Notes: a model not told the origin generated them from the letters alone. Numbered from the stretch's first letter, positions 25,413 through 38,142 are shown. The stretch is DNA of 64,000 nt from Chrysomallon squamiferum (GCA_012295275.1 CM022676.1:12524001-12588000), one strand, 5' to 3'. Made by a program: numbers and translations.

Positions 25413-28400
25413 TGAGTATAAGCTGGAATCAGTCGTTTCTTTTCTAATCATCTTATGTTATATTATCTATTATAAATAAATATGTCGACGATTTTTTTTC
25501 TTTAAAAATGACTCACACATCTTGGAAAATGAATAAAACTTAAGGATAGGAATGATTTCTCTTAACAAACATATTTCATGTTGTAATAGGACAACTGCAT
25601 GCAGTTGTGTCTTTTAATCAGGAGTTATCTTGACTGCAAAATGTGAAATTAACCAATAATATATGTTAATACGTGTATAAATTATAATCAATTTAAAATT
25701 ACTTACAGTGAATAGTCACGTTTCTGCTTTTCCTCTCGTTGTATTCACCATACTTCCAACTAGAAACACACTCACACAGTTTGTTATTCTGAGTCCTGTT
25801 AGCTATGAAAGATATTGTACACGTTCTGGTTTCTTCTCTGTCAGAGCAGTGTACAGGATTATAACAAGTCCAGTTCAGATTTGGTTTTGGATTTCCACCA
25901 GTTGTAGAACAGTTCAGTGTGACAGTGTCATCCTCAAACACAGGAAACGTTGTTCCTGAAACAACTGGAGATGACCTTGGTGGATCTGAAAGCATAAACA
26001 TTTGTGACTTAAAAAAAAATCAATAAAAAAATAATTAAAAAAATAAATATGTATTATCTGAAAGTATAATTATATCTTTTTTTAAACTTACATTTCACAT
26101 CTAGAACTATTTCTCCTGTAGACTCAGTCTGTGTATATGTGTTTCTCACAGTACACTGGATTGTCTTCCCATTCTGTGCTCTTTTGGGTGTCAGTGTCAG
26201 TGTTTGAAACCAAGTGCTTCCAGATGAACCCTTTTTATCTCCCTTTGTTCCATTAATCCGTGTTCCGTCTTTAAACTTCCAGATGAAATCCACATCTGGT
26301 TTAACAGGTGTCAGTGTTCTACAGGTCAAGGTCAAAGGTCGTCCTTCGACTGCAATGACTTCATTTGTAAAACTGACGCTGACATCATTCTGCGATGGAC
26401 CATCTGTAAAATTTAATCAAACAGTAAATTATTTAAATTATAACTAATATAATGTTGTGTAATCCCAGAATGATGTTTGTATTAAATCTAAGTGGTTGTT
26501 TATTAAAAATATAAGTTAAGTAATTTTGAATCTCTAGTAAATAAAATAAGATAACTTAGAGAAGTAGACATCATTATGACAAATAATACAACAGATTAAA
26601 ATTTCTAATGTTAAGAGTCTTACACAACACATCAAGTATTCCAGTGTTGGATGTTACACGAGTTTGTCCAGGAATCCCTGCCTTGCAGTAAACACTGTGT
26701 CCATCATCTGACTCAGTCAGTGTCAGTGACACAGAACTCTTTCTTACAGTCAGGTCACCTGTTGTGATATTTATGTTGGTGATTCCTGTGTTTATCTGTT
26801 GATTATTCTTGTACCAGTAAACAGACGAGACTGGGTTGCTAGGTGACGTGACACATGTCAGAGAGGCAAAACCTTCTCTGACTTGTATTTTATCTTTCTG
26901 TGAACTGATGTTTAATAGTGTCACCTCTTTTACTTGTACTGTAATCAATAAATGTATGACTCAGTTATCTTAAAATATAACTCACTATCATCTACCAAAT
27001 CTCGAGATTAATGGTAGCTTTACTAAATGGTAATTTGTTTTGTATTATTATTATTATTAATATTATTATTATTATTATCTTCAATCATTTAAGTCTACCC
27101 TGTATATTAATTTGTTATAAAGTTTTAGAAAATTATAAATATTATAAAAAGGTTTTTTAGTCCAGGTAGTGATGGATGCAGATAATGATGTAAATTCATG
27201 TTTGCTGAGAAAGACATTTGGCGACAGGATGGAAAACAATTTGTGACAAATCTATGGTGAACAAAAGGAAAGTTAAAGAAATAAAATTGTTTTGCTGTAA
27301 ACTAAATACTATATTTATACATCCTTTGATGTAGCAGAATATAAAAAAGTAATAAAAAAGTAATTAAAACAAAAAGAGAAAAAAATGCAACAACAACAAC
27401 AACAGTAAATAAATAAATAAATAATACAAAATTTAATGGCTGAAAAAGATAGTGATTATTTAGGATATTTACCTGGAAAGTGAACAGTACAAATAAACTT
27501 GTGATAGACACCATTGTTAAAAGACGGATGAGTCAAGTGTATTGTAACATTAGCTTTTCCTTGTACAGTTAAATAATTCATAGTCAGCCTGGCAACAGTT
27601 TTAACTTGTGGACTTGTACAATCATCACTGACTGGTGTAGTAACTGGTACCAAGCTCTTAAAAATAATAGAAAGTATAATATAAAAGTATAATATGAAAG
27701 TATAATATTAATTAAAATTTATTTTTTATGAAATTTACTTCTTTTTTGCCCCACCCCACTTTTATCGAAAACTATAGTTTATTCATGAAAAAAAATAAAA
27801 AAAATAAATAAATGAAAGCACAAAAAAGATTTTTCTTGTAAAGTAAAACAATGAACACTAATCACAGTTGTTATAATTTTCTTTATGGTTTTATTTTATT
27901 TGTAAATGATGCAAACTTACTAAAGACATTTCACCAGATAAATACCAGGAAATGTTCACAGCTGGATAAGCACAGCCAGTTGTTACGCTGACAGTAAAAT
28001 TTGTCTGAGAATCAATGTCTGTCTGATGTGGACACGCATCAGTAAAATTAATCATAGACGTATCAACAACAGCTATTACAAAACACAAAAAGAAACTGAA
28101 TAACATAAACTATTAGAAAATAAAGCTAATGTGCATTCTATACAATTAGTCATAACTATTGTAAATAAGCGTTATTTGACTGAATAATGGGGTGGACTCT
28201 GTGGAATTTTATGGGTAAATGAACAGAACATATCCACAGAATCCTATATCCTAGTATTTAGAGCAATTTAATGTTATGTAAAAGTCATGATATTACTAAA
28301 TACAATAATCGGTTGATTTCTTGGAATTATGCAGATTAGAAAATGATTAACTTTTAACATTTTCATTTCATTTATCGTTATTTTCAAATATTTGTCTGAC

Positions 28401-31400
28401 TTAAAATACTAATAAAAAACACACACAAACACATACATGCAGAAAATTTATCAAACCAGTATAGTCTATTATTAATTTAGGTAACTCTAAACAGAATTGT
28501 GTTCTCAGACACACAGGTGTACACTATATGAAAGTAGCTTATTATTTTTATAGTTTTATTAAATTTATTTAATTAATACAATGCTTTAGTTTGTGTCAGA
28601 ATGTGTATAACTTACTAGCAAAGGGAGATGTTAAACTGATTTGAGCTTGTAAATTATTGTTTTCATTAACTGTCCAGGTTCCTGCATGTTCTATTTCATC
28701 GAAAAATGAAATCTTTACAGTTACAACATTTGCAGATTGTCTTGTTACACTGATTCCACTAAATCCACTTCCACATTTTCCTCCTGCTGACAATGCTCTA
28801 CATGCTCCTTTTACCTTTGTGTTCACAGAAAAAGTCACAGATTCTGTTATGTTACCATTATCACTTGTGTACGTCAAAATAAGAGGTTGACCAACAACTC
28901 CTGTTTTCTTGTTTGCTGTAAGAATTCCATTTGCTGGTAATAAATAAAAATAATAATAATCAAGTAATGATAATACTAATAATACCACTACTACTACTAA
29001 TAATGATAATGATGTTGATGATGGTAATAATGAGAATGACGATCTTAAATCTAGATTATTTAGAATGCCTAGAAGGAAGGAACTCTCTCGCACTCGAATT
29101 CATAGCAATGAGGAATTCCACGAAAGTATCAAGAAATGTAGCGAAATTACGTTTAAAATAAGTCTTGTGACGATGTATGACGATATATTATGTTGTTTGA
29201 ACTCATTAATACATTTTCATGTAGATAGGAAATATTTAGAATTATTGCAGTTTCAAGACAGAAAGGGAAGTAATACCTGTGGATGCGTATCTGCGACAAT
29301 TATTTGAAATTTGCAGATACTTTGACATAAAAACAAACACTAGAAAGTTGCATTATTTCTTTCTTATTTCAGTATATCTAATCTAAGTATACGACATGAT
29401 TAGTTTTCAGGAATGTTCAACAATAATTTATAAAAATAACCCACTAGAACTCCTAACAAAAATAATACAATGAAAGCAGTGAGGATAAAAAGAACAAGAG
29501 GATACAATGAAAAGTAATGTGATAAACTCTAGCTGACGGAGACACATCGGCAAAAAGTCAGAACTCAGATGTATGTAAAGTTGAATTCTTCAGACAATTG
29601 CCTTTCAAATAAAACATAAACCAGAACAATATCTTGAAACATGGCGAAGTTATAATAATTCTAATATCGTTGGTTTGGAAAATGTTTATTGAGAAATTCT
29701 CATTTTTAAGTTATTTCTGTGTTAAAGTACATGTCCTCTCGGAACTCCTCGGGAACCAGCATTTTATGAGAGAGCTATTGGCACTAAACTTTCAGGGATG
29801 GTTGAAGAGACACTTAGAAACATTGTTAACGAAGAATAACACAAGTAATCTGGATTTTAACTTTTAAAAGAAGAGACAATTCTACTGCAACGGACTATGA
29901 GGGAAGCTCATGGTGGAGACTGCCATACTGTGAGAACATCCTTCAAATAAAGATAATTCTAGAGTTTATCACTCACTTCAGTTTAAAGTGTAAAATTAAG
30001 GAGTTTTCAGTTATAGAAAGAGGAATGATTGAAAAATTATGAAAAAAAAATAAAATAAAAAAAGAACAATTGTAATAATAATAATAATAATAATAATAAC
30101 AACAACAACAACAACAATAATAATAGTAATGAATGAATAAAAAATAAAAAAATAAATAAAAAATAAAAAATAAATAAATTAAAATAAAATTAAAACATAA
30201 AAATATATAAATAATAATGTAAAAAAACCTGAAATAAAAAAATGTCCAATCAGAGTAGTTTGTTCTGTCCTTTTGAAAGAATTTTGCACATTTGAAACAG
30301 AAATAGCTGCTCCGAGGGTTTATCTTTAAAATATTAGAATGATATTAATTATGTTTTGCTATCAAAATGAATGTACACTTGGTTTTCTCAGTTTATTGTC
30401 CTCAAACAAGCAAGAAGTTGAACGCTTTCACTGTTAAAAGTGTGTGTAGTTTCTCAAGTATTTTTAACATCGCTACTAGTTCAAACCACTTTACTTATTT
30501 AACACGCAACAGATTAAATGAAAAACTGTTTAAAAGAAATTACGAAATATCTATAATAACCATCCAAATCGACATTTTCTGCAATGTGACCAGTTTCTAA
30601 CTGTCTTGCTTTGCTCTATGTTAAGTTCTGCAGTGTGTGTCAGTGAGTTGTAACACTACACCATCTCAAACTGCCACTGAATATTTCATTAGAACCGTAA
30701 AACATCGCATTTTACGACATCGTAATAAAACAAAATCTTAACGTCGATTTTCAGCAAAATGTGATATTGCGATATTTATTTATATCTCCTAGCTGCTAGG
30801 GTCTCGTTGGTTTATCAAAGACAGTTGTGTATGCTTTCCTGTGTAAGAGAATGTGTATAGATATGAAATGTTTGTTGCTGATAATTGAAACTCAGTATTT
30901 CTTCACATTAGTTTACTAGTTTACTAATTTTTACCTATTTTAATCTTAACTAAATGTTTGATGTCGTGGACTGCAAATGGGTAGCTTGAATCACGAATAA
31001 TCGAGTGTTATCACTATATATTATTAAAACCGCACAATTTATTTAACCCCAAGTGAACGAATCGGACAATGAAAATACATTCTTAATTAAACATTTACAA
31101 ATGTGGTAATACGAAAATTACATTACACTGTTAGATTAATTTCACAAAATGGTTTGAAATTTCTTCGTTTCATTTAGTTTGTTAATGAAAACGCAGACTA
31201 TACAATTACAAGGGTAATCAAAAGCATTAAGACTATAACAAGTATTAATGTGTTGTGGAGGGGGAAAAATAACAAAACAGTATACGTTTTCTTATATTTG
31301 TGTTCATTTGTTTCATATTTATTTATTTATTTAGTTTAGTGTATGTATGTATATACTTCATTTCTTTTTTGTTTTTTTATTTCATCCTCCATCTGTTTCT

Positions 31401-32251
31401 GTAACTGAAATGTTTTGCAATTTACACTTTAAATTATACTGAAGTGAAAGGTTAACTCTGGAATTATATTTTTTAGAGTCTATGCCAATAGAATATTAGT
31501 CTTCACTGTCATATCCTCTCAGCCACAGTCCATTCCGTAATCGTCGAATTGTATCTTCTTTTAAAAGTGAAAAATCATAGATCATTGCTGTGATTCTTCA
31601 TTAACAATGTTTCCAAGTGTTCCTTCCATCACCTCTGAAAGTTTTGTGTAAATACGTCCCTCCTAAAATACTGGTTACCAAGGAGATTCGAGAGGACATG
31701 GACTTTAACACAGAGTTAACTTTAACTTTCTTAACCCGTGTATCTCATGAAGCTCGTTAAGTTGAGCAGTGTCAGTGTGCTGTAACACTACACCATCTCA
31801 CAGCTTTTCACGGTTCATTTCATTAGAACTGTAGAACACTTCATAACTGTAGAAGATTGTAATAACGTTGTTTTAACTTGGTCTTTTTTCAGTAGAATAT
31901 ATTATTGCGTTATTTGTTTATTTATTTATTTATCACTCAGACAGTGAACTTTGCTTTTTCATGCAATGAATCAGAATGTGTATAAATATGAAATATCTGT
32001 TGCTAATAATCCATTTGTGATACATACATCGTGCAGTTTATGTAACACACAGTGATAAAACTTCAAGTTAAAATTCAACACCAAACTAGCTGTAACCAGG
32101 TCACAGACTGAATAAGTTGTCAGTTCAGGGTTTATATCGCTAATATCTAACATGTGTGTTTTAATGTATGGATTAAATAATAACAATAAAACTTACCTAG
32201 ACAATATCCAACAATCGACACAGAAACAAGTAAGTATCCCACTATCGCCAT
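21483..32251 (-). CDS. Gene B: single-pass IgSF receptor (leader, V-like, split Ig-like, 5 Ig, FN3-like, TM, short or frameshifted tail)
   Basis: Phase-compatible exons 32197-32251, 28616-28933, 27921-28072, 27473-27656, 26624-26938, 26092-26403, 25707-25985, 24143-24430, 23566-23826, 23040-23342, 22597-22728; tail exons 22290-22324, 21918-21967, 21483-21508. Confidence 0.85.
21918..21967 (-). CDS. Gene B tail exon (TYQDVSMDSVQETVVRS)
   Basis: cag|A TAT CAA GAT GTA..TCA G|gtaaaa, 50 nt; conserved at 35260-35309. Confidence 0.75.
22290..22324 (-). CDS. Gene B juxtamembrane tail exon (35 nt, +1 frameshift, GSDSKH*)
   Basis: cag|GTTCAG..CATAC|gtgagt; the paralogous exon 35636-35669 is 34 nt and open. 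Confidence 0.7.
22597..22728 (-). CDS. Gene B transmembrane exon
   Basis: LGTGIGIGLVVGILLLCFPAIIILFIL-RRR; cag|..G|gtcagt, 132 nt. Confidence 0.9.
23040..23342 (-). CDS. Gene B FN3-like exon
   Basis: NVSETSADIKW..ISHLKSNSSYHFKIYS; 303 nt, phase 1-1. Confidence 0.85.
23566..23826 (-). CDS. Gene B Ig exon
   Basis: YAPRV..LRCTADSNP..FEW..DQGEYTC; 261 nt. Confidence 0.9.
24143..24430 (-). CDS. Gene B Ig exon
   Basis: YPPSRP..PWLE..LIC..GNPAAQFYW..DNGVWYKC; 288 nt. Confidence 0.9.
25707..25985 (-). CDS. Gene B Ig exon
   Basis: YPP..LNCSTTGGNPKPNLNW..CEC; 279 nt. Confidence 0.9.
26092..26403 (-). CDS. Gene B Ig exon
   Basis: YGP..LTC..PDVDFIW..QNGKTIQC; 312 nt. Confidence 0.9.
26624..26938 (-). 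CDS. Gene B Ig exon
   Basis: LTCVTSPSNPVSSVYWYKN..DDGHSVYC; 315 nt. Confidence 0.9.
27473..27656 (-). CDS. Gene B split domain 2, second half (phase 0-1)
   Basis: aag|AGC TTG..CCA G|gtaaat, 184 nt; paralogs at 36873-37056 and 56113-56329. Confidence 0.8.
27921..28072 (-). CDS. Gene B split domain 2, first half (phase 1-0)
   Basis: tag|CT GTT..TTA|gtaagt; VSVTTGCAYPAVNISW. Confidence 0.8.
28616..28933 (-). CDS. Gene B N-terminal V-like exon lacking canonical cysteines
   Basis: cag|CA AAT GGA..GCT A|gtaagt, 318 nt; GVVGQPLILTY..GACR..KC..HAGTWTV. Confidence 0.85.
30629..31920. repeat. Direct duplication of ~160 bp (30629-30785 / 31766-31920)
   Basis: Shared TGTAACACTACACCATCTCA..ATTTCATTAGAAC..ATATTGCG. 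Confidence 0.7.
32197..32251 (-). CDS. Intact signal-peptide exon, cassette 6 (MAIVGYLLVSVSIVGYCL-G)
   Basis: 55 nt, G|gtaagt; upstream CCGGAAG and CACGTGAC. Confidence 0.85.
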
Positions 32252-32463
32252 TGTGAATGTTGTGACTAAACTTGTTTCTTCCGGGTACACGACCTAGGTT
32301 ATGTTTGTGTCACGTGTTTTCAACTGCGCTCCTGTTGTCATAAATCTGTTTACTTTTGTCTCGGTTAAAGTACGAAAATGTCATTCTTTTCAAAACGCAC
32401 GAAAATAAATAAATAAAATAATAAACTAAGAACAAAAATAAGAAAACTAGACAAACAAAATGA

Positions 32464-32519
<56 letters not shown>

Positions 32520-32657
32520 TAACCAGCTCTAACTAGGACACAGACTGAATAAACGTCTTATGTTTTAAGTACATGGTTTTTATCTGTAATATCTAACATG
32601 TTTTGTATCAATAAATAAATAAATAAATAAGTAAATAAATAAATAAATAAAAATTAC

Positions 32658-32712
32658 CTGTGCTGTATCTAACAGTCATCAGAGAAACTGGTAAATATCT
32701 CAACAGCGCCAT
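32658..32712 (-). CDS. Intact signal-peptide exon, cassette 7 (MALLRYLPVSLMTVRYST-G)
   Basis: 55 nt, G|gtaatt; ETS-like core altered to CCGCAAG. Confidence 0.75.
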
Positions 32713-33695
32713 TGTGAATGTTGTGACTAAACTTGTTTCTTGCGGGTACACGAGTTGTACTTTATCTAGGTTAAGTTATTGTGTCACGTTTCTATAGCGC
32801 TGTCATTCTATTAAAGTGTCTATATTTATTTCACTTTATTTATTACATTTCACATGATTTGTTTTTAGTTATTTATCAGTAATCATATCTTGAAAATTTC
32901 GGTGTTTACAAAACATTTGTATTTTAAAAAAGAGAGGAGATATTTTATACAAATCGCCTAACTCAACAAAGCGTGGACGACACTTACTATATTATTGAGT
33001 GTAACAAAACATTTACAGCTGTTTACTTCTGTACGTTTTTATGTCACTCACCTGAGAATCGGTCAGTAACTGTGTATTTCGAATGTAATTTACATAATTT
33101 TCTAACAAAATATTAATCAACATTAACTGTTATCAGTTAATTGTTAATATTTAAACTCATGCATTTAATAAACTGATATGAAATAGACAGTGAATACAGA
33201 TATAAGAGAATTACACAGCTTATCTTCTTAATTGTAGGTTTTGTTTTATTTCTTTTTATATCAAAAACCCACTTTCCAAACTGAAGCGGAATCATTTGTC
33301 GTTTAGCACACTATATGAAGTAAAGTGAACTAGTAAATTAGTTGAATGAAATTAAAACAAGACAGCTTACAATGAACTTTCTTTTATTACAGTAAATATT
33401 AAATTGAAATATCTCACTGTTACACATCTGTGTGAAAGTATCGGTTCCGTTATAATTTTCAGTAAATTAGTTAGAAATAGAAAGTACAAAAGTTCATGAA
33501 ACGAGGATGATATTGTATGTTGTGTTGTAGACCAAAGTTCAGCATCAATTCCGTGCAGACAGAGAAACACAACAAAATGTTATTTAATATGGTTACACTG
33601 TCATATCGTTACAACTCTCTAACATTACTACATTATTTCAGAAAATATTTGTAAAGAAATAAAAGAACATGACTGAATGTATCAATGTTATAAAT

Positions 33696-33821
<126 letters not shown>

Positions 33822-33876
33822 AGTTCCAGCGAGGTACGAATAGTTTCATCCTTGAAAAGTTTTGATGTTGAATCAA

Positions 33877-34015
33877 TTATACAGTATTTTCATATACATT
33901 TCCTAGGGGAAAAAAGGGAGAAAAAAAAGGATTGAGATAAAAAATAAAAAGACATTTTAGATTAACGACAAACACCGAGGAAACCATCATTCCTAAAAAA
34001 TGTTTTTAAAATCTA

Positions 34016-34092
<77 letters not shown>

Positions 34093-37000
34093 TTGTTATT
34101 TATTATCTGATAATGAATAGGGAATGATAATGGCAATTTTGGAAAATGGAAGTCAATAAATAATATTACCTGAACAGGGTCTGTTATCTGACACCTTCAA
34201 CTTTTTATACGCAGGTGCATCACGTGATTGTAGACACTCGTACTGAGTTGTAGGTATTTGAGAATGTTCTATAAATTTAGTAATATTTCTATGAAATATT
34301 TATAAACATTTTGAAAATAAGATCGTTTCTTGGATTCAATTATTTTTCTAGAAAATATTTATTACAGAAATTGTTATCGGAATTTGGGGAAAAAATATTA
34401 GGCGTTTATTTTGATTCATTTTATATCTTGCAGTTTCTCTGAATTTAAGACAACTACTGTATATAAAACAAACCTAATAATGTTCTTTCAGTCTTTTTGA
34501 AACTTAACTAAAAAAAAAAAAAAAAAAAAAAAACAGAGATGATAAATCGATTTGTTTCTGATCAGTTACTTCTGAAAATATGTCCTAATTCTACTCAGGT
34601 GACATATAATGAAGAGCACTCATTGCTTAAATCACTGTTTAATACTTTGTTGTGTTCAATAAATTATTTCGTTGAATGTTGACATTTGAAACTATAGAAT
34701 ATTTCATCACTGAAACCGAAACTTCGATAATCAGAAGAACAACGCAACAATTAAGAAGATTTACCAGTCACTTTGTCAGGAGAAATAATATTAACGGCTC
34801 TATTAAGGGAAAATAATGTTTCAATATCGAACCGAATATATCAACAAATTTCAGTATGTCTCAATATTAAAACTCTATAACGAATCAATGAATAGAGAAA
34901 AACTTTGACGTCGATGTAGACAGTTTACATGTTACCTGTAATTCTTTGTATTGATTTTACTGATTGACTGAATGCATTAATGGTTCATATTCTTCTGATA
35001 GCGAAATAAATGGGTGAATGCGTGACTCTGTGTAACCTAATGTCTCTATTTGTTTCTCGGGTCAGTGTAGAGGTCTATATTGCATATGAATAACTGCCGT
35101 CTGACTTTAACTTTCGTCATTCATCTTAACTTGTGTTTCAAAATCCAGATCAACTGAATCGATTTAAGTATTAACAAGACACCTACTTTCGAATGGACGG
35201 TTTTCTAATAAAACTAAGATCAACAATAAATATTCAAAACACTGAATATCTTATCTTACCTGAACGATCAGCAGTTTCCTGGATTGAATCTGTAGATACA
35301 TCTTGATATCTGTGAAACATAGAGAAAAAAACTAAAACTATGCTGCTGTACTTTTCGTGTATGTTTGTTCTTATTAGGAAGGAGACAATCACATAATTTA
35401 TAGAAGCATTTTTATTAATGTAACAGTGTACATATGCTAATATCAGTTAATATATTCAGTCCGAATATAATTTTAGAGCAGCAGTTGCTTGAAACAGAAA
35501 TAGTTATATAATAATTTTGCACTTTATACACATTGATGATATGTCAACAGCTGCTGTGGGTAATTTAGAAGAGATATGTCTCAGTATCATAAGTTATTAC
35601 AGTAGTGTTCAGAAACATTTCAAAACAGTACTCACGTATGCATTTCATTTTCATTTTTGCTTTCTGAACCTATAGGATATCAGCCAAATAAGTTACATTA
35701 AAATAATTTAAATTATATTTAAACAAACAAAAACTGAAAGAAACAAATTACACGCACACACACACAGCCACACAGACACAAAAATAAATTAATAAATTAA
35801 TAAATTAACAACAATAAAAAAGAGATAATTAAAAAAAACAAAAAAACATTTAATTTAGAAACAATGAAATGAACTAAAATAAATTAGGAATATGCAAAAC
35901 AACAAAATAATAACCAATGAGTGAGTCTAAAATGTAACTGACCTCGGAGTGTAATATCTTCTCCTGAAGATGAGTAGAATAATTGTTTCAACAACGCAGA
36001 TCAGAAGTATTCCTATTACACGACCAAGTCCAATTCCAGATCCTAGACATGCCGTGGCCGAAGACTGTGCTGCAGTAAACATAATAATACATTAAAAAAA
36101 ATTAATTCATGTCATTTTCTTTATTCTCTTATATTTATTGATAATGATATTTCAAAACCAACACTAAATCAGTCAGGGAAATAACAATTACAACTCACTT
36201 TTAAAACAATAAACTAATACTTTAATTTAATCCCATTTACCTCTAGAAAGGTACGTAACAAAACAGTTTTACTGAAATTTGAATCAAAGAATCCTAAACT
36301 ATATGTTTTACTTACTACAGTTTATTGTTGTTAAAGTGGTACAAACAGTCAAACAGTAACGGCTGTCATTTTTATTTGCAGAAGAGTAAATTTTAAAGCT
36401 GTAGGAAGAATGTGTTTATCTGTTGATTATTCTTGTACCAGAAAACAGACGAGACTGGGTTGCTAGGTGACGTGACACATGTCAGAGAGACAAAACCTTC
36501 ACTGACTTGTATTTTATCTTTGTGTGAACTGATGTTTAATAGTGTCACCTCTTTTACTTGTACTGTAATCAATATATAAATAAATAAATAAAGAAACAAA
36601 GAAACAAAGAAATACATAAATAAATAAATAAATACATAAATTACTGTATCATACTTAACGTGTATTAAAATATTATTTATTTATTTATTTATTTATTTAT
36701 TGATATTCATTACAAAACCAAAATAAATATTTTAAATATTGAGTAACTTTATAAACGTATATCAGTAATTCATTATATCTTATTGTGCATATATAAGAAT
36801 TGGAGAAAGATATCTATATTTACTTCAACTAAGAAAAACACAGAATAGTTTGGATATTTAATCTTTACTTACTTGGAAAGTTAATGGTACATATAAACTT
36901 GTTACAGACATCATTGTTAAAAGAGGGATGAATCAAGTGTATTGTAACATTAACTTTTCCTTGTACAGTTAAATAATTCATAGTCAGCCTGGCAACTGTT

Positions 37001-37588
37001 TTAACTTGTGGACTTGTACAACCATCACTGACTGTTGTAGTAACTGGCGTCAAATTCTTAAATCATAAATAATATAATTTATAATAAATAAATTTAAAAA
37101 AGAATTATGTGAAAGAAAAAAAATTGATAATTATACATTATTCTGTAGTATACAAATTGATATCATCAGTTAAAGTAAACACTTTCTGATATCATGTCTT
37201 ATATATAAGTTTTCAATTTAAAAGCAGTGTTATAACATATAACTATTCCTAAAATATAATAATTATTAATAAAACTTATTAACTAAACTTGATGATAATC
37301 CTTCATATATTTCAAACTATTTATAATAAAAAAAATTCTTCATACGAAATAATTTTCTTTTATTGTATCAAATCGTCATTTTTATAAATATTTCAGTTTT
37401 GGCATTAAATATCGAATATTCCCTTGATATCGGTTTGTTTGATTCCTATTCATGGACACAAACTTACCGCGTAAGTTTCGTCCACAAAATGCGAGGAAAT
37501 GTTAACAGTTGGATAAGCACAGCCAGTCATTATGCTGGCTGTAAAATCTGTCTGAGAATCAATGTCTGCCACATTTGGACTCGCATCA
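33877..37588 (-). pseudogene. Gene C: 5'-truncated, internally deleted paralog of gene B with Tyr-motif tail exons
   Basis: Exon remnants 37468-37588, 36873-37056, chimeric 36316-36562, TM 35943-36069 (2-nt deletion), 35636-35669, 35260-35309, 34936-34994 (stop), 34170-34268, 33877-33902. Confidence 0.85.
34170..34268 (-). CDS. Gene C ITAM-bearing exon (YECL-x7-YKKL)
   Basis: tag|AA CAT TCT..TCA G|gtaata, 99 nt open: EHSQIPTTQYECLQSRDAPAYKKLKVSDNRPCS. Confidence 0.75.
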
Positions 37589-38142
37589 TCTTTCAAGTAA
37601 TTACAAAAGGTTATCTGCTATTAAATTTAATTCAAACGAAAATTATTTTGTTAGTAGTTGTACCAGTAGTAAAATAAAATAAAATATGTATAAAAACGAT
37701 GAAATTAAATACGTATGAAATATTTATATGTTCTACAATTTGTCAGAATAAATATATATAGCTTTATAGTTAAATCATTTAATTGAATTTTATCATGTTT
37801 GTAAATATTGAATTTATTACCTTTTTATGTTTTATTTCAGTTACAGAGTATATACGTATTAGTGTATTACTGTTTATACAGCTCTGAGTGTAAGATTGCA
37901 TGTGTGTTTTAGTGTATCTCTATGCTAATGAGTATATTTATTTTCTTGTGTTACAGAAATGTATTCAATTTCAGTGGAAGCATCTTACAATGATCATCGA
38001 ACCATTTCATTCATTTCCATATAATATTTATCACTCTTCTCTCTACTGATTTTAGTCTAATCCAATCTGAAAGGTTTTCTTTCTTTCTACTAACATTGTC
38101 TTAACAAGCAGGCGGAATATTTTATATATATATATATATATA

